Below, in pieces: positions 28,701 through 37,765 of a stretch of DNA of 64,000 nucleotides. Both the position numbers and the translations under genes were made by a program. Source of the stretch: Smithella sp. SCADC (GTDB lineage Bacteria > Desulfobacterota > Syntrophia > Syntrophales > Smithellaceae); assembly GCA_000747625.2 (NCBI GenBank), contig JQDQ01000193.1, positions 63 through 64,062 on the forward strand, given 5' to 3'. Within the stretch, counting starts at the first letter, position 1, and every line of letters starts with the position of its first letter. A model generated the notes under the pieces. It ran no database searches, was not told the DNA's origin, and saw only the letters and a program-made list of their open reading frames with translations.

Positions 28701-30806
28701 CTGGCGGCATTAAAACTCAATGAAAAGATTGCCGACACAAAGAACAGATGCCGGGTAGAATTTGCTTTTCCGATGTTTATCCAGCACTGGAAGAAACATG
28801 CCAGATACGATCTTGATTACTTCAGAAACGCCTATAAAAACGGAATCGAAAACGGCGACCTGATATTCAGCGGACACAGCGTAAATCTAATCAGCATGAC
28901 CCGCATCATGCTGGGAGACAACATCGATGACATTCTGGAGGAATACGGAAAGTACAAAGATTTTCAGTTGGGTGGTAAAGATCCGTTTATCGCGCGCAAC
29001 TACATGGAAAACACAAGTATGTGTCTCTGTCTTAAAGGTCTGACTGAAAGCAGAGGCAGTTTAAACAGAGATGGTTTTGATGAGGAAGAGCAGACTAATT
29101 ATTATCAATCTGAAAACAACATGCTCGGCACATTTTACTTCTCCCTGGTCAGATTGAGAATAAATTATCTTTTTGGCGAATACTCAAAATGCCGCAATCT
29201 TGTCCATGATATGCAACGGATTGTGAGAAGAAAAACTGCCCTGGGAAATCTGCATATACCGGAATTCTATTTATACTATTCGCTGACGCTGACGGCATCT
29301 TATGCCGAAGCTGATTCACTGAGAAAAGCAAAATATTTGATTTATCTCCAGGCCAACCAGCTAAAAATGCTCAGGTGGGCAAAATCCTGTCCTGAAAATT
29401 TCCGGCATAAATATGACCTTGTGGCCGCGGAAATGATGAGAATCAGAGGACGCTTCCAGGAGGCGCAGAGACTCTATCATGCGGCTATTGAAGGCGCGAG
29501 GGTCAATGGTTACCAGCAGGAAGAAGCTATTGCCTGCGAACGCCTGGCACTCTTATATCTTGATTCTTCCTGTAAGGATGAGGCCGGCTTTTTCATGCAA
29601 AAGGCTCACAAATCCTATTTTTCATGGGGAGCTTCAGAAAAGGCCAAAGAACTGGAAGAAAAATACGCGTCGTTGATCCCTCGAGAACAAAAGCAGCAAA
29701 CCACCGGAACGATAACCGTGAGCGGTTCATCAGGCAGCCTGACATTAAGTGGCGCCACCGAAAACACAAGCAGCACAAAAATACTCGACCTGTCCACAGC
29801 CATGAAGGTCTCCCAAATTATCTCCAGTGAAATTATGCTGGACCGTCTTCTGCAAAAGATCATGAATGTATCCATTACCAATGCCGGAGCCCAGCGCGGA
29901 TATCTGATTCTGGAGCCGGACAGTGAACTGACTATTGAGGCCAGTGAAGATATAGATAAAAACGAATCTATGGTTATGCAATCCATGCCGCTAAAAGATT
30001 GCTCTGAAATCTGCCATTCTATCGTCAATTACGTTTATCACAGCGGAGAAGACATTGTCCCGGGTAATGCCTTGAAAGAAGGCCTCTTTACAAGCGACCC
30101 CTACATCATGAGAGTACAGTGCAAATCCATTCTCTGTACCCCCATCATGAGTAAGGGCAAATTATCGGGCATCCTTTATATGGAAAACAACCTGAGTGAG
30201 AATGCCTTTACGCCGGAACGTCTGGAAATTCTCCGAAGCTTTTCCGTTCAGGCCGCCATATCCATCGAAAACGCAAGACTCTTTGAATTGGCCACGACCG
30301 ACGGCATGACCAAGCTCTACGTGCACAGGTATTTTCAACTTCTCCTGGATCAGGAAATAAAACGTTCGCGCCGTCATAACAAAAAGTTTTCGCTGATCAT
30401 GATGGATATTGACAACTTTAAATCTTTCAACGACACCTATGGCCATCAACTGGGCGACAAGGTATTGAAGGACGTGGCCGTAGCCGCCAAGAGAATTTCA
30501 CGCTCCGAGGATATCACGGCGCGTTATGGCGGTGAAGAATTCGTCATGATCCTGCCCGAAACTGATTCCCCCCAGGCCATGATCGTCGCCGAGAAAATAC
30601 GCGCGAGCGTCGCCGAAACAGAAATACCTCATGAAAGTCAAAAACTGCATGTAACTATCAGCCTGGGAGTCTCTACTTTTCCGGAACATGCCGATGAAAA
30701 GGAAGCTCTTATCCACGCGGCGGACGAGGCTCTCTACGCATCGAAACATAGAGGGAAGAACTGTGTTAGCCTGTTTGAAAAGAAAAGTATGACTGTAGAA
30801 GATTGA
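25755..30806 (+). CDS. multidomain signalling protein: Ser/Thr-kinase-like domain + AAA_16/STAND-like P-loop NTPase + TPR-like helical region + GAF + GGDEF diguanylate cyclase
   Basis: The kinase-like N-terminus has HLDIKPDNIL, TDFGIS and SYMSPEQ. The P-loop is GQPGIGKS (approx 26735-26758) and Walker B is FLDDLQWAD. A long helical repeat region follows, then a GAF region near aa 1330-1490. The C-terminal GGDEF has RYGGEEF (approx 30522-30542) and an RxxD-like I-site, RSED. Confidence 0.8.
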   Translation: MEKFANYILREKIHETRNSIIYRGNKENETQPLIIKLLKTAYPTPSEIARFKQEYNLVKKLDIQNIIKIFDLVEHDDKYAIIEEDFGGESIKEKLKIEKFGLKSFLQISSKVSETLGLIHKNNIIHLDIKPDNILINSKNGEIKITDFGISAILTHVNDELYNPDVIEGTLSYMSPEQTGRMNRGVDYRTDIYSLGATFYEMLTGEVPFKYKDPMELIHSHIARQPLSPSDVNSSIPPVLSAIILKLLSKNPEERYQNCLGLMADIDECLNQLNQKGSIDEFPIATKDISIRFNIPHSLVDRENERLELMSCFERTCKGLSEMMLVTGQPGIGKSALVNEIYKPAIAKKGYFIFGKYNPFRKDVPYTSAIIQAFQGLIRQIISESEEKIQSWRKKLLSTLGPNGKVITDVIPELEIIIQKQPDLPLLGPEESMNRFNLVFQNFVNIFTTEKHPLVIFLDDLQWADQASLKFLENLMTTYETRYLFLIGAYRDNETNDAHPLTLALNKIRKKGRNIHSITLGPLDVASINLIIMNVLLCDAERCMPLAELINRKTAGNPFFVIQFLKNVYDNHLLELNPKTGWEWDINKIREMQVTENVIEFMAQKISHFPKKTQEILKICACIGNRFDLELLSVVYGKSIDETLADLTSAIQEDMISLHGNIYKFHHDRIQEAVYSMIPEKEKAAMHYRTGSNVLKKTGANNLNEKIFYIVDQLNRGIRFVSGADEEIILAKLNLQAAQKSKKSTAYASASSYLKTAIGLLPEYCWKSHYELTYSIYREAIECEYLNLNFSEAEKLFDIVVRNVKSNVDNANVHTLMIILYTTQGNYEAALRVGTEGMKMLGIKLPKNVSDARIGLELLKMRLKFGRRKIEDLIDLQYTPLPNTLAEAKILASEYLVRHPSKSLDNPEMELWEMISYAYLAIHTGTVAFYANPNLFAYIAINSVYRLLDYEVNFEYSPFAYIAMGSVVGSSLGFYQHGYRFGLAALKLNEKIADTKNRCRVEFAFPMFIQHWKKHARYDLDYFRNAYKNGIENGDLIFSGHSVNLISMTRIMLGDNIDDILEEYGKYKDFQLGGKDPFIARNYMENTSMCLCLKGLTESRGSLNRDGFDEEEQTNYYQSENNMLGTFYFSLVRLRINYLFGEYSKCRNLVHDMQRIVRRKTALGNLHIPEFYLYYSLTLTASYAEADSLRKAKYLIYLQANQLKMLRWAKSCPENFRHKYDLVAAEMMRIRGRFQEAQRLYHAAIEGARVNGYQQEEAIACERLALLYLDSSCKDEAGFFMQKAHKSYFSWGASEKAKELEEKYASLIPREQKQQTTGTITVSGSSGSLTLSGATENTSSTKILDLSTAMKVSQIISSEIMLDRLLQKIMNVSITNAGAQRGYLILEPDSELTIEASEDIDKNESMVMQSMPLKDCSEICHSIVNYVYHSGEDIVPGNALKEGLFTSDPYIMRVQCKSILCTPIMSKGKLSGILYMENNLSENAFTPERLEILRSFSVQAAISIENARLFELATTDGMTKLYVHRYFQLLLDQEIKRSRRHNKKFSLIMMDIDNFKSFNDTYGHQLGDKVLKDVAVAAKRISRSEDITARYGGEEFVMILPETDSPQAMIVAEKIRASVAETEIPHESQKLHVTISLGVSTFPEHADEKEALIHAADEALYASKHRGKNCVSLFEKKSMTVED

Positions 30807-30965
30807 AGACACAAGCACTAAAGAAAGTTAGGGAATACCCTTCGTCAGCATAAAGACAAAAGCCGGATGCGGGAAATAAAGATTCTTACTTTACTTGTCA
30901 AATCGTCTTTTTTCTGAAATAATTCTTGCGGTTGACAAATTATTATTTTAAAGTACAAAAATAAT

Positions 30966-33233
30966 ATGGAAGAGAAAATAACCGAGAAACAAAAGGATAA
31001 TAAAAGAACCAGGGAGATTAAAGGAGTCGTTTGTCTTTCCCTGGCTTTATTTTTGCTTTTGTGTCTGGTTTCTTACCGTCCGCAAGATCCTTCATTTACC
31101 CATTTTGTTGTTAGTGGCCAGGCAACGCATAATTTTACCGGCAAGGCCGGATCTTATACAGCCGATTCTCTGATTCGCCTTTTGGGCATTGCTTCATTCC
31201 TTTTTCCTTTCATTCTTCTGGCTTGCAGTTTCAAATATTTTTTAAGGCCGGCGTTTACTATTAACACCAAAAGGATTGTCGGGTTTTTATTTTTTGTTCT
31301 CTCTTTTGCCGGCCTTATGGCTCTTCTCTTCCGTGGCAGCATTACCGTTTACGGAGAATCGCTGAAGAACGGCACCGGCGGATTAATAGGTGTTTCCCTT
31401 GTCGACTTTCTACGAATATCTTTTAATGTTGCGGGAACTTATATCATCTTAATTCTGACTTTTGTTGTAGCGCTGACTTTCATAATTGAATTTTCAATTA
31501 TGTCTGTAACGGAACGAATCACTCAATTTTTCGCAGCACTATTCAATCTCTGCAAAAGCCGTATTTCTTCATTTGTAAATTATGTAATCAACAGTGTAAA
31601 AATAGAAAAAAAACCGCAAAAGGTGATTATCGAAGATAACCCCCCGGTTATAAAAAAAATAAATCTCAAAAAAATCGAGCAAACCAATTTTAATTTCACC
31701 AAAACCACCACAGACGAAAAGTTCCAACTACCTCCCTTTACATTACTGGAAGAGGCTCAGCACAAGGATGTCCGGGTAAAACGTGACGCTCTGGTTACCA
31801 ACTCCCGTATTCTGGAAAAGAAATTATCCGACTTCGGTGTTGACGGACGTGTGGTAGAAGTAATGCCCGGACCCGTAATCACAATGTACGAGCTGGAACC
31901 GGCCCCGGGTGTTAAAATCAACAAAATAGTCAATCTCTCCGATGATCTGGCTTTAGCGTTAATGGCGCCAAGCATTCGTATCCTTGCCCCCATTCCCGGC
32001 AAATCTGTGATTGGTATTGAAATACCCAACTTAAAAAGGGAGCCGGTTTTTCTCAAAGAAGTTCTCGACAACAAGTCTTTTCTGGAATCATCTTTCCGTC
32101 TGCCGATTGCGCTGGGTGTTAATTTTGTGGGCACGCCCGTGGTCGCCGACCTGACAAAAATGCCTCATCTGCTCATCGCCGGCACTACCGGCTCCGGTAA
32201 AAGCGTCGCTCTCAACGCCATGATCTGCAGTATCCTTTTTAAAGCTCAGCCGGATGACGTCAAATTCCTGATGATTGATCCCAAGAGGCTGGAGTTATCT
32301 TCTTACGAAGGCATTCCACATTTAATACATCCTGTCGTCGTTGATCCGAAAAAAGCTTCGCAGGTTCTGCGCTGGACAGTAGAAGAAATGGAAAGACGCT
32401 ACAAGATACTCAACGATCTCAAGGCAAAAAGCATTGACGCCTATAACGAACTGCTTTTAAAAGGCCTGAAGAGCAAAACTGTTCTGGCGTTACCCAAACA
32501 GGTTGATCCTGATCTGGAACCTGAACGAACAACCGGCACAACTGACAGTGCCAACGTTGAGCAGCAGATAAAACACACAAAACTTCCTTACATTGTCGTA
32601 ATTATCGATGAATTGGCCGACCTGATGATGGTTGCGCCGCGGGACGTGGAAGAATCACTGACGCGTCTGGCGCAAATGGCTCGTGCAGCCGGAATTCATC
32701 TTATCATCGCCACACAGAGGCCTTCAGTTGATGTTATCACCGGTTTGATTAAAGCAAACTTCCCCACACGTATTTCATTTCAGGTTTCTTCCAAAATTGA
32801 CTCGCGCACAATCATTGACCAGCAGGGAGCGGAAAAACTTCTCGGCGCCGGAGACATGCTTTTTATTCCACCGGGCACATCCAAGCTCTCCCGTATTCAC
32901 GGCGCTTATGTTTCGGACAAGGAGATTTCCCGCATTGTTGACTTCATCAAAATGCAGGAGCAGCCCGCTTATGATTCTTCCATCGAAAAATTCGCACTGG
33001 CCGCCGCGCAGACTCAGCATGAAGGTGATGATGATTTCGATATAAAATATGACGAAGCCGTGGCGTTGGTCGGAGAACTGGGACAGGCATCCATATCACT
33101 TGTCCAGCGGTACATGAAAATCGGCTACAACAGGGCGGCGCGCATGATTGAAAAAATGGAGTCCGAAGGAATTGTCGGGCCGTCGGATGGCGCAAAACCC
33201 AGAAAAGTTCTCATTAGAAAGCTCCCCCGTTGA
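30966..33233 (+). CDS. ftsK: DNA translocase FtsK
   Basis: It has N-terminal TM helices, a motor domain with GTTGSGKS and IIDELADLMM, and a C-terminal gamma wHTH (ASISLVQRYMKIGYNRAARMIE). Confidence 0.93.
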   Translation: MEEKITEKQKDNKRTREIKGVVCLSLALFLLLCLVSYRPQDPSFTHFVVSGQATHNFTGKAGSYTADSLIRLLGIASFLFPFILLACSFKYFLRPAFTINTKRIVGFLFFVLSFAGLMALLFRGSITVYGESLKNGTGGLIGVSLVDFLRISFNVAGTYIILILTFVVALTFIIEFSIMSVTERITQFFAALFNLCKSRISSFVNYVINSVKIEKKPQKVIIEDNPPVIKKINLKKIEQTNFNFTKTTTDEKFQLPPFTLLEEAQHKDVRVKRDALVTNSRILEKKLSDFGVDGRVVEVMPGPVITMYELEPAPGVKINKIVNLSDDLALALMAPSIRILAPIPGKSVIGIEIPNLKREPVFLKEVLDNKSFLESSFRLPIALGVNFVGTPVVADLTKMPHLLIAGTTGSGKSVALNAMICSILFKAQPDDVKFLMIDPKRLELSSYEGIPHLIHPVVVDPKKASQVLRWTVEEMERRYKILNDLKAKSIDAYNELLLKGLKSKTVLALPKQVDPDLEPERTTGTTDSANVEQQIKHTKLPYIVVIIDELADLMMVAPRDVEESLTRLAQMARAAGIHLIIATQRPSVDVITGLIKANFPTRISFQVSSKIDSRTIIDQQGAEKLLGAGDMLFIPPGTSKLSRIHGAYVSDKEISRIVDFIKMQEQPAYDSSIEKFALAAAQTQHEGDDDFDIKYDEAVALVGELGQASISLVQRYMKIGYNRAARMIEKMESEGIVGPSDGAKPRKVLIRKLPR

Positions 33234-34579
33234 AGAAATCAAATAATAAAAAAATACGTATCATTAGTCTGGGCTGTCCAAAGAATCTGATTGATTCAGA
33301 AGTTATGGGAGGCCTCTTAAATCAATCCGGCCATCAACTGGTTGATCAAAGCGACTCAGCGGATATTGTCATCATCAATACCTGCGCCTTTATTAATCCG
33401 GCCAAAGAAGAAGCCATTGAAGAAATATTAACGCTGGCCGAAGAAAAAAAGAAAAACAACCCGCAACTTCGGATTGTAGTCGCCGGTTGTCTCGCCCAGC
33501 GCTATGGGAAAGAACTTTTCGCCCAAATGCCGGAAGTGGATTTATTTATCGGCACAGGAGAAGTCGGCAACATCGTCAGCCACATAGGGAATTTACATCA
33601 GGAAAAACACAAACGGAACACAGTAATTACCAAACCTGATTTTATAATGAACTCCAAGCACCCGCGGATATTATCCTCGACCGCTGCAAGCGCATATTTA
33701 AAAATTTCCGACGGTTGTTCCAATCACTGTTCCTACTGCGTCATACCGTCCATTCGCGGCGCAGCACGCAGTCGCCAGCCTGATGATATTCTTCAGGAGG
33801 CCGAAATACTGATCAGACGAGGCATAAAAGAAATTATCATCACCGCTCAGGACACCACAAATTACGGCAGAGATTTAAAAGGCCGCCCGAAATTGTCCAC
33901 CTTGTTAAGCGAAATGGCAAAAATAAAAAATTTAAAATGGATTCGCCTGCTTTACGCCCATCCATCCAGAGTTACTATCGACTTATTGGAGACCATTGCC
34001 GCCAATGAAAAAATGTGCCGCTACATTGACCTGCCCATCCAGCATATTGACGACGATATTTTAAAAGCGATGAACCGCAAAGTCACCGGCGCAAAAATCA
34101 AAGAAGTTATCGCTCAGGCCCGGAAGATAATTTCGGGCGTTGCTTTAAGAACATCCCTCATTGTCGGATTCCCGGGCGAGACGCCGACAAGATTTAACCG
34201 TTTGCTTGATTTCGTGAACGAAACAAAGTTTGACCATCTTGGTGTTTTTACCTACTCGCGGGAAGAAGGAACAATCGCCGCGAATTTAAAATCGCAGGTA
34301 TCCGAAAAGGAAAAAGAACGCCGCCGCGAAACAATCATGAATGAACAGGCGGCAATTTCCGCCGCTATCAACAAAACGCTGCTCGGCTCAATTCAGGAAG
34401 TGCTTATAGAAGAGAAAAGCGACCGCAAAGATTACACATACATGGGCAGATGCCGCAGACAGTCGCCGGAAATAGACGGCGTAACTTATATTAAAAATTC
34501 AAAACTCCCAACCGGCAGTATTGTAAAATGCAAAATAACCTCCGCCGATGAATATGACCTATTCGGAGAAATAATTTAG
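33230..34579 (+). CDS. rimO: ribosomal protein S12 methylthiotransferase RimO
   Basis: It has an MTTase N-domain (LGCPKN..DSE), a radical SAM CSNHCSYC motif and a TRAM C-terminus. Its start overlaps the ftsK stop by 4 nt. Confidence 0.88.
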   Translation: MKKSNNKKIRIISLGCPKNLIDSEVMGGLLNQSGHQLVDQSDSADIVIINTCAFINPAKEEAIEEILTLAEEKKKNNPQLRIVVAGCLAQRYGKELFAQMPEVDLFIGTGEVGNIVSHIGNLHQEKHKRNTVITKPDFIMNSKHPRILSSTAASAYLKISDGCSNHCSYCVIPSIRGAARSRQPDDILQEAEILIRRGIKEIIITAQDTTNYGRDLKGRPKLSTLLSEMAKIKNLKWIRLLYAHPSRVTIDLLETIAANEKMCRYIDLPIQHIDDDILKAMNRKVTGAKIKEVIAQARKIISGVALRTSLIVGFPGETPTRFNRLLDFVNETKFDHLGVFTYSREEGTIAANLKSQVSEKEKERRRETIMNEQAAISAAINKTLLGSIQEVLIEEKSDRKDYTYMGRCRRQSPEIDGVTYIKNSKLPTGSIVKCKITSADEYDLFGEII

Positions 34580-34606
34580 TTCCATCAGAATCCAACCCAC
34601 ATCTAT

Positions 34607-34876
34607 CTTCCCTCCCTCGAGGGGAGGGATTGAGGGAGGGTGATAACTTCCCTTGTCATTCCCGACTTGATCGGGCGAAGTGCCCTTTAGGGTAAATCCA
34701 GTTCTTCTTTTAAACTTCCCTCCCTCGAGGGGAGGGATTGAGGGAGGGTGATAATTCCCTCTGTCATTCCCGACTTGATCGGGCGAAGTGCCCTTTAGGG
34801 TAAATCCAGTTCTTCTTTTAAACTTCCCTCCCTCGAGGGGAGGGATTGAGGGAGGGTGATAATTCCCTCTGTCATT
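34607..34876 (+). repeat. tandem repeat, 2.5 copies of a 108-nt hairpin-rich unit
   Basis: Units start at 34607, 34715 and 34823, an exact 108-nt period. Units 2 and 3 are identical over the shared part and unit 1 has a few substitutions. Each unit holds two hairpins (ccctcc-ctcgag-g-ggaggg and cccga-cttga-tcggg). Confidence 0.9.
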
Positions 34877-34922
34877 TCTCGTGCAAAAGACTGTGTCACA
34901 AAATAGAAAATGCCATTGCATA

Positions 34923-34963
34923 TCCTCCGCTGGCGGAGGTGTCACGTAGTGACGGAGGCGGAT
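34923..34963 (-). repeat. partial copy (one hairpin end) of the 125-nt element seen at 40921-41048 and 42589-42710
   Basis: tcctccgctggcggaggtgtcacgtagtgacggaggcgga matches the reverse complement of the right end of copy 42589-42710 (tcctccgctggcggaggtgtcccgtagtgacgaaggtgga). Confidence 0.7.
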
Positions 34964-34967
34964 ATCT

Positions 34968-34999
34968 AAAACCTCCAATCCTCTAATCTTCTAATCTTC
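34968..34999 (+). repeat. direct repeat, left copy, bracketing ATPase gene 1
   Basis: aaaacctccaatcctctaatcttctaatcttc versus 36463-36494 aaaacctccaatcctctaatcgtctaatcatc shows 2 mismatches in 32 nt. Weaker similarity continues for ~15 nt more. Confidence 0.75.
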
Positions 35000-35125
35000 T
35001 ACTTTTTCACCCTTCCCTTTCACCCTGTACCTTGCTCCTATTTGTCGTCAACACCGGTTTTCTATACCTTGAAGTTTCATATAAATGGTTTGATTTTTCA
35101 AGATAGACATGCTAGACATAAACCC

Positions 35126-36265
35126 ATGCATATGGTTGAAAGACAGCAAGATCAAGCGGCATTGTCCAAATTAATGACGATTTTCCCTGTGGTGGCCATT
35201 CTCGGGCCCCGGCAGTGCGGTAAAACTACACTGGCAAGGGCCATCGGCGCCGATCATTATTTTGATCTGGAAAATCCGCAGGACGCTTCCCGTTTAGATC
35301 AGCCTCAACTTGCGCTCGAAGATCTTACAGGTTTGATTGTCATCGACGAAATCCAGCGCATACCGGATTTATTTCCTTTGCTACGTTACCTTGTCGATCA
35401 GAACAAAAAAAGAAAATTTATTATTCTGGGCAGCGCTTCACGGGATTTAATCCGTCAGAGTTCAGAAACGCTTGCCGGCCGGATTGCTTACCATTACCCG
35501 GGTGGTTTTCGTTTAAGCGATATTGACCCGGCAAAAATCAAAATGCTTTGGCTGCGCGGCGGATTGCCCCGGTCGTTTCTGGCCGGAAACGATGAGAAAA
35601 GCCATGTATGGCGCAGTCAATATGTAACAACATTTCTGGAACGCGACATCCCGCAGCTTGGCATCAACATACCGGCCCGGACATTGCGGCGATTCTGGAC
35701 AATGCTCAGTCATTATCATGGCCAGATTCTCAATTACTCCGAATTGGGACGATCTTTCGGTGTATCCGATATGACCGTCCGTAAGTATTGCGACATTCTG
35801 GAGGGAACATTTATGATCCGCATCCTCCAGCCCTGGCATGCCAACATCGGCAAGCGGCTTGTAAAGCGGCCTAAATTTTACCTGCGCGATTCAGGACTGT
35901 ACCATAGCCTTTCTTCCATTGAGACGCAAAAGCAGTTAAACGCATGGCCAAAGCTGGGCGCATCATGGGAGGGGTTTGCTCTGGACTGTGTCTGCCGAAC
36001 GTTGGAAAAACAGGATAACGAACTTTATTTCTGGAACACCCACGGAGGAGCGGAGCTTGATCTATTCTGGCAGGATCACGGCAAGAACCGGGGTATTGAA
36101 TTCAAGTATGAAGACGCACCGCGCCTGACCAGATCTATGCAGACAGCAATGGAAGATTTGCAGTTGTCTAAATTATGGGTCGTCTATCCGGGCAAGAAAA
36201 AATATCAGATGGGCAAAAACATCTCTACACTGCCTTTAGAGATGTTAGGAACTGAATTTATATAA
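35126..36265 (+). CDS. AAA-ATPase (AAA_14-like) with DUF4143 and PD-(D/E)xK-like C-terminus, paralog 1
   Basis: Walker A is LGPRQCGKTT and Walker B is VIDEIQ. ERDI...RRFWTMLSHYHGQ is the DUF4143 core. The C-terminal GAELDLF....GIEFKY resembles a D...E.K nuclease motif. I prefer the ATG at 35126 over the TTG at 35042. Confidence 0.75.
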   Translation: MHMVERQQDQAALSKLMTIFPVVAILGPRQCGKTTLARAIGADHYFDLENPQDASRLDQPQLALEDLTGLIVIDEIQRIPDLFPLLRYLVDQNKKRKFIILGSASRDLIRQSSETLAGRIAYHYPGGFRLSDIDPAKIKMLWLRGGLPRSFLAGNDEKSHVWRSQYVTTFLERDIPQLGINIPARTLRRFWTMLSHYHGQILNYSELGRSFGVSDMTVRKYCDILEGTFMIRILQPWHANIGKRLVKRPKFYLRDSGLYHSLSSIETQKQLNAWPKLGASWEGFALDCVCRTLEKQDNELYFWNTHGGAELDLFWQDHGKNRGIEFKYEDAPRLTRSMQTAMEDLQLSKLWVVYPGKKKYQMGKNISTLPLEMLGTEFI

Positions 36266-36462
36266 GCGAACGCGGCGATACGCTTATACAAAAGTCGTCC
36301 TGCCGGCGCAGGCCGGTATACAGCCTTCCGCTGTCATCCCCCCGCCCACCATTGTCATTCTCCGGCTTGACCGGGGAATCCAGTTAAAATTAATAAAACA
36401 GTATCTTAATAATTTCTTTATTTCCCTTCACTATTTCACTTTCACCCTTCACTGTTTTTTTC

Positions 36463-36494
36463 AAAACCTCCAATCCTCTAATCGTCTAATCATC
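36463..36494 (+). repeat. direct repeat, right copy, bracketing ATPase gene 1 (overlaps the stop of the YkgJ-like gene)
   Basis: See 34968-34999. Confidence 0.75.
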
Positions 36495-36813
36495 TACCCT
36501 TCATCTTCCACTGCGGACACAACTCCGACGATCCCGGATAATATTTGCGGCAAACCATCGGCCTTGTCTCGTATATCGAGCAGAGCCACGAGTCTTCTGA
36601 ATTATAAAGAAAAGGACATTCGCGCGGATAATCGCCGGTTTCCGCAGAAACCATTCTATCACCCGCCCAAACAAGGTGGCGATGCTCAATCATATCCAGA
36701 ATATCCTGTCTGTTTTCGGTACGCCAGCGGTCAAAATCTTCCTTCTCCGCGTAAGCGGTTAAATCAACAAAACAACACTTGCCGCATCGCAGGCAGGAAA
36801 GCGGCTCTTTCAT
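36490..36813 (-). CDS. YkgJ-family (UPF0153) cysteine-cluster protein
   Basis: CLRCGKCC...ECPFL...CSIYETRPMVCRKY is the YkgJ/Fe-S-or-zinc cluster signature. I prefer the ATG at 36813, 7 nt after the HNH stop. An alternative ATG at 36840 overlaps the HNH gene. Confidence 0.65.
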   Translation of the reverse strand: MKEPLSCLRCGKCCFVDLTAYAEKEDFDRWRTENRQDILDMIEHRHLVWAGDRMVSAETGDYPRECPFLYNSEDSWLCSIYETRPMVCRKYYPGSSELCPQWKMKGR

Positions 36814-36820
36814 AATATGA

Positions 36821-37636
36821 TTATAGCTCCTTAAAAACATGTGTTCTATGATACTTAAGTGCCATAGGGTCTGGTTCCGCCAACTTATTCGGAAGGCTAA
36901 TTTTCTTGCCTTCATATGGTCCAAAGAATACACTCCATTCACGATTGTCCATACTTTTGCGTAAAGTCTGACTCAACACGACACGGAATTGCTCATCCAA
37001 CGTCAGAAGACCTTGATCAAACGCCGCATCATGAATGGCAGAAAGGCATAAACCATTCCGCAGATTCAGGCGTTCCTCCGGAAATGATCTCCACGGCTTT
37101 ATGTGACTCGCCACTAGAAGTGTCGAAATATTCACGCCCGAAATACAACACTCAATATCGTAGGCCGCCAGAATTGCCTGCCGAAAAAATTGCTGACCAC
37201 GTCGAACACTAACCATTGCCTTCGTCTCTGTTTTACCAACAAATGGAATAGATGGTGTTGTCACACGAATCATTTCTGCGCCTACAACATCGACTTCTTT
37301 CTCTTGATCCTTCGTATAAAGATCATGTAGCAGTTGCTCACTCTCCGGCATCAACAGTTCCGGATTCTCGCGAAACTCATTCCAAAGCAGCCGATCCCGC
37401 TGTGAAGCACCTTCAAGACCTTTTACCCCGCGCGCACGATGTATCGGATCCAATGACGCAAAATTACTCAACTTCATTGCTAGACTGTTCGTCGTCCGCC
37501 CCATTCGTGCTGCAACATCAGCGATCATTGGGTTCCGGTTATGGAACTTCCCGTAAGGAATTTTACAGTAAAGATTTAGCGCAATCAACAGATGCGTACG
37601 CGTCCAAGTAACCTTTTCGGTCTTCATCATTAGCAT
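36821..37636 (-). CDS. HNH_2-type endonuclease (putative restriction-like nuclease)
   Basis: CCISGVNISTLLVASHIKPW....ERLNLRNGLCLSAIHDAAFDQGLLT is the HNH_2 (PF13391-like) core. The N-terminal region (WTRTHLLIALNLY...NSLAMKLSNFASLDP) is the one commonly fused to it. Confidence 0.75.
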   Translation of the reverse strand: MLMMKTEKVTWTRTHLLIALNLYCKIPYGKFHNRNPMIADVAARMGRTTNSLAMKLSNFASLDPIHRARGVKGLEGASQRDRLLWNEFRENPELLMPESEQLLHDLYTKDQEKEVDVVGAEMIRVTTPSIPFVGKTETKAMVSVRRGQQFFRQAILAAYDIECCISGVNISTLLVASHIKPWRSFPEERLNLRNGLCLSAIHDAAFDQGLLTLDEQFRVVLSQTLRKSMDNREWSVFFGPYEGKKISLPNKLAEPDPMALKYHRTHVFKEL

Positions 37637-37765
37637 TACTCCACTTATTAATAGTCATGTGCCTTTCTTGATAGTGGTCCATGTTCAGACCTTGAAATAT
37701 AAGTTTTTCTGCTTCCAATAGATTCTTAAAATTTTTAGTTACTGTGCACGATCACGAGTATCGCT

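Noticed and set aside
34559-34978. 139-aa minus-strand ORF (…HPPSIPPLEGGKFKRRTGFTLKGTSPDQVGND… repeated)
   Set aside because: It is simply the 108-nt (36-codon) tandem repeat read through in frame. It has no ribosome-binding context, its sequence derives from hairpin repeats, and the same motifs occur non-coding elsewhere in the island.
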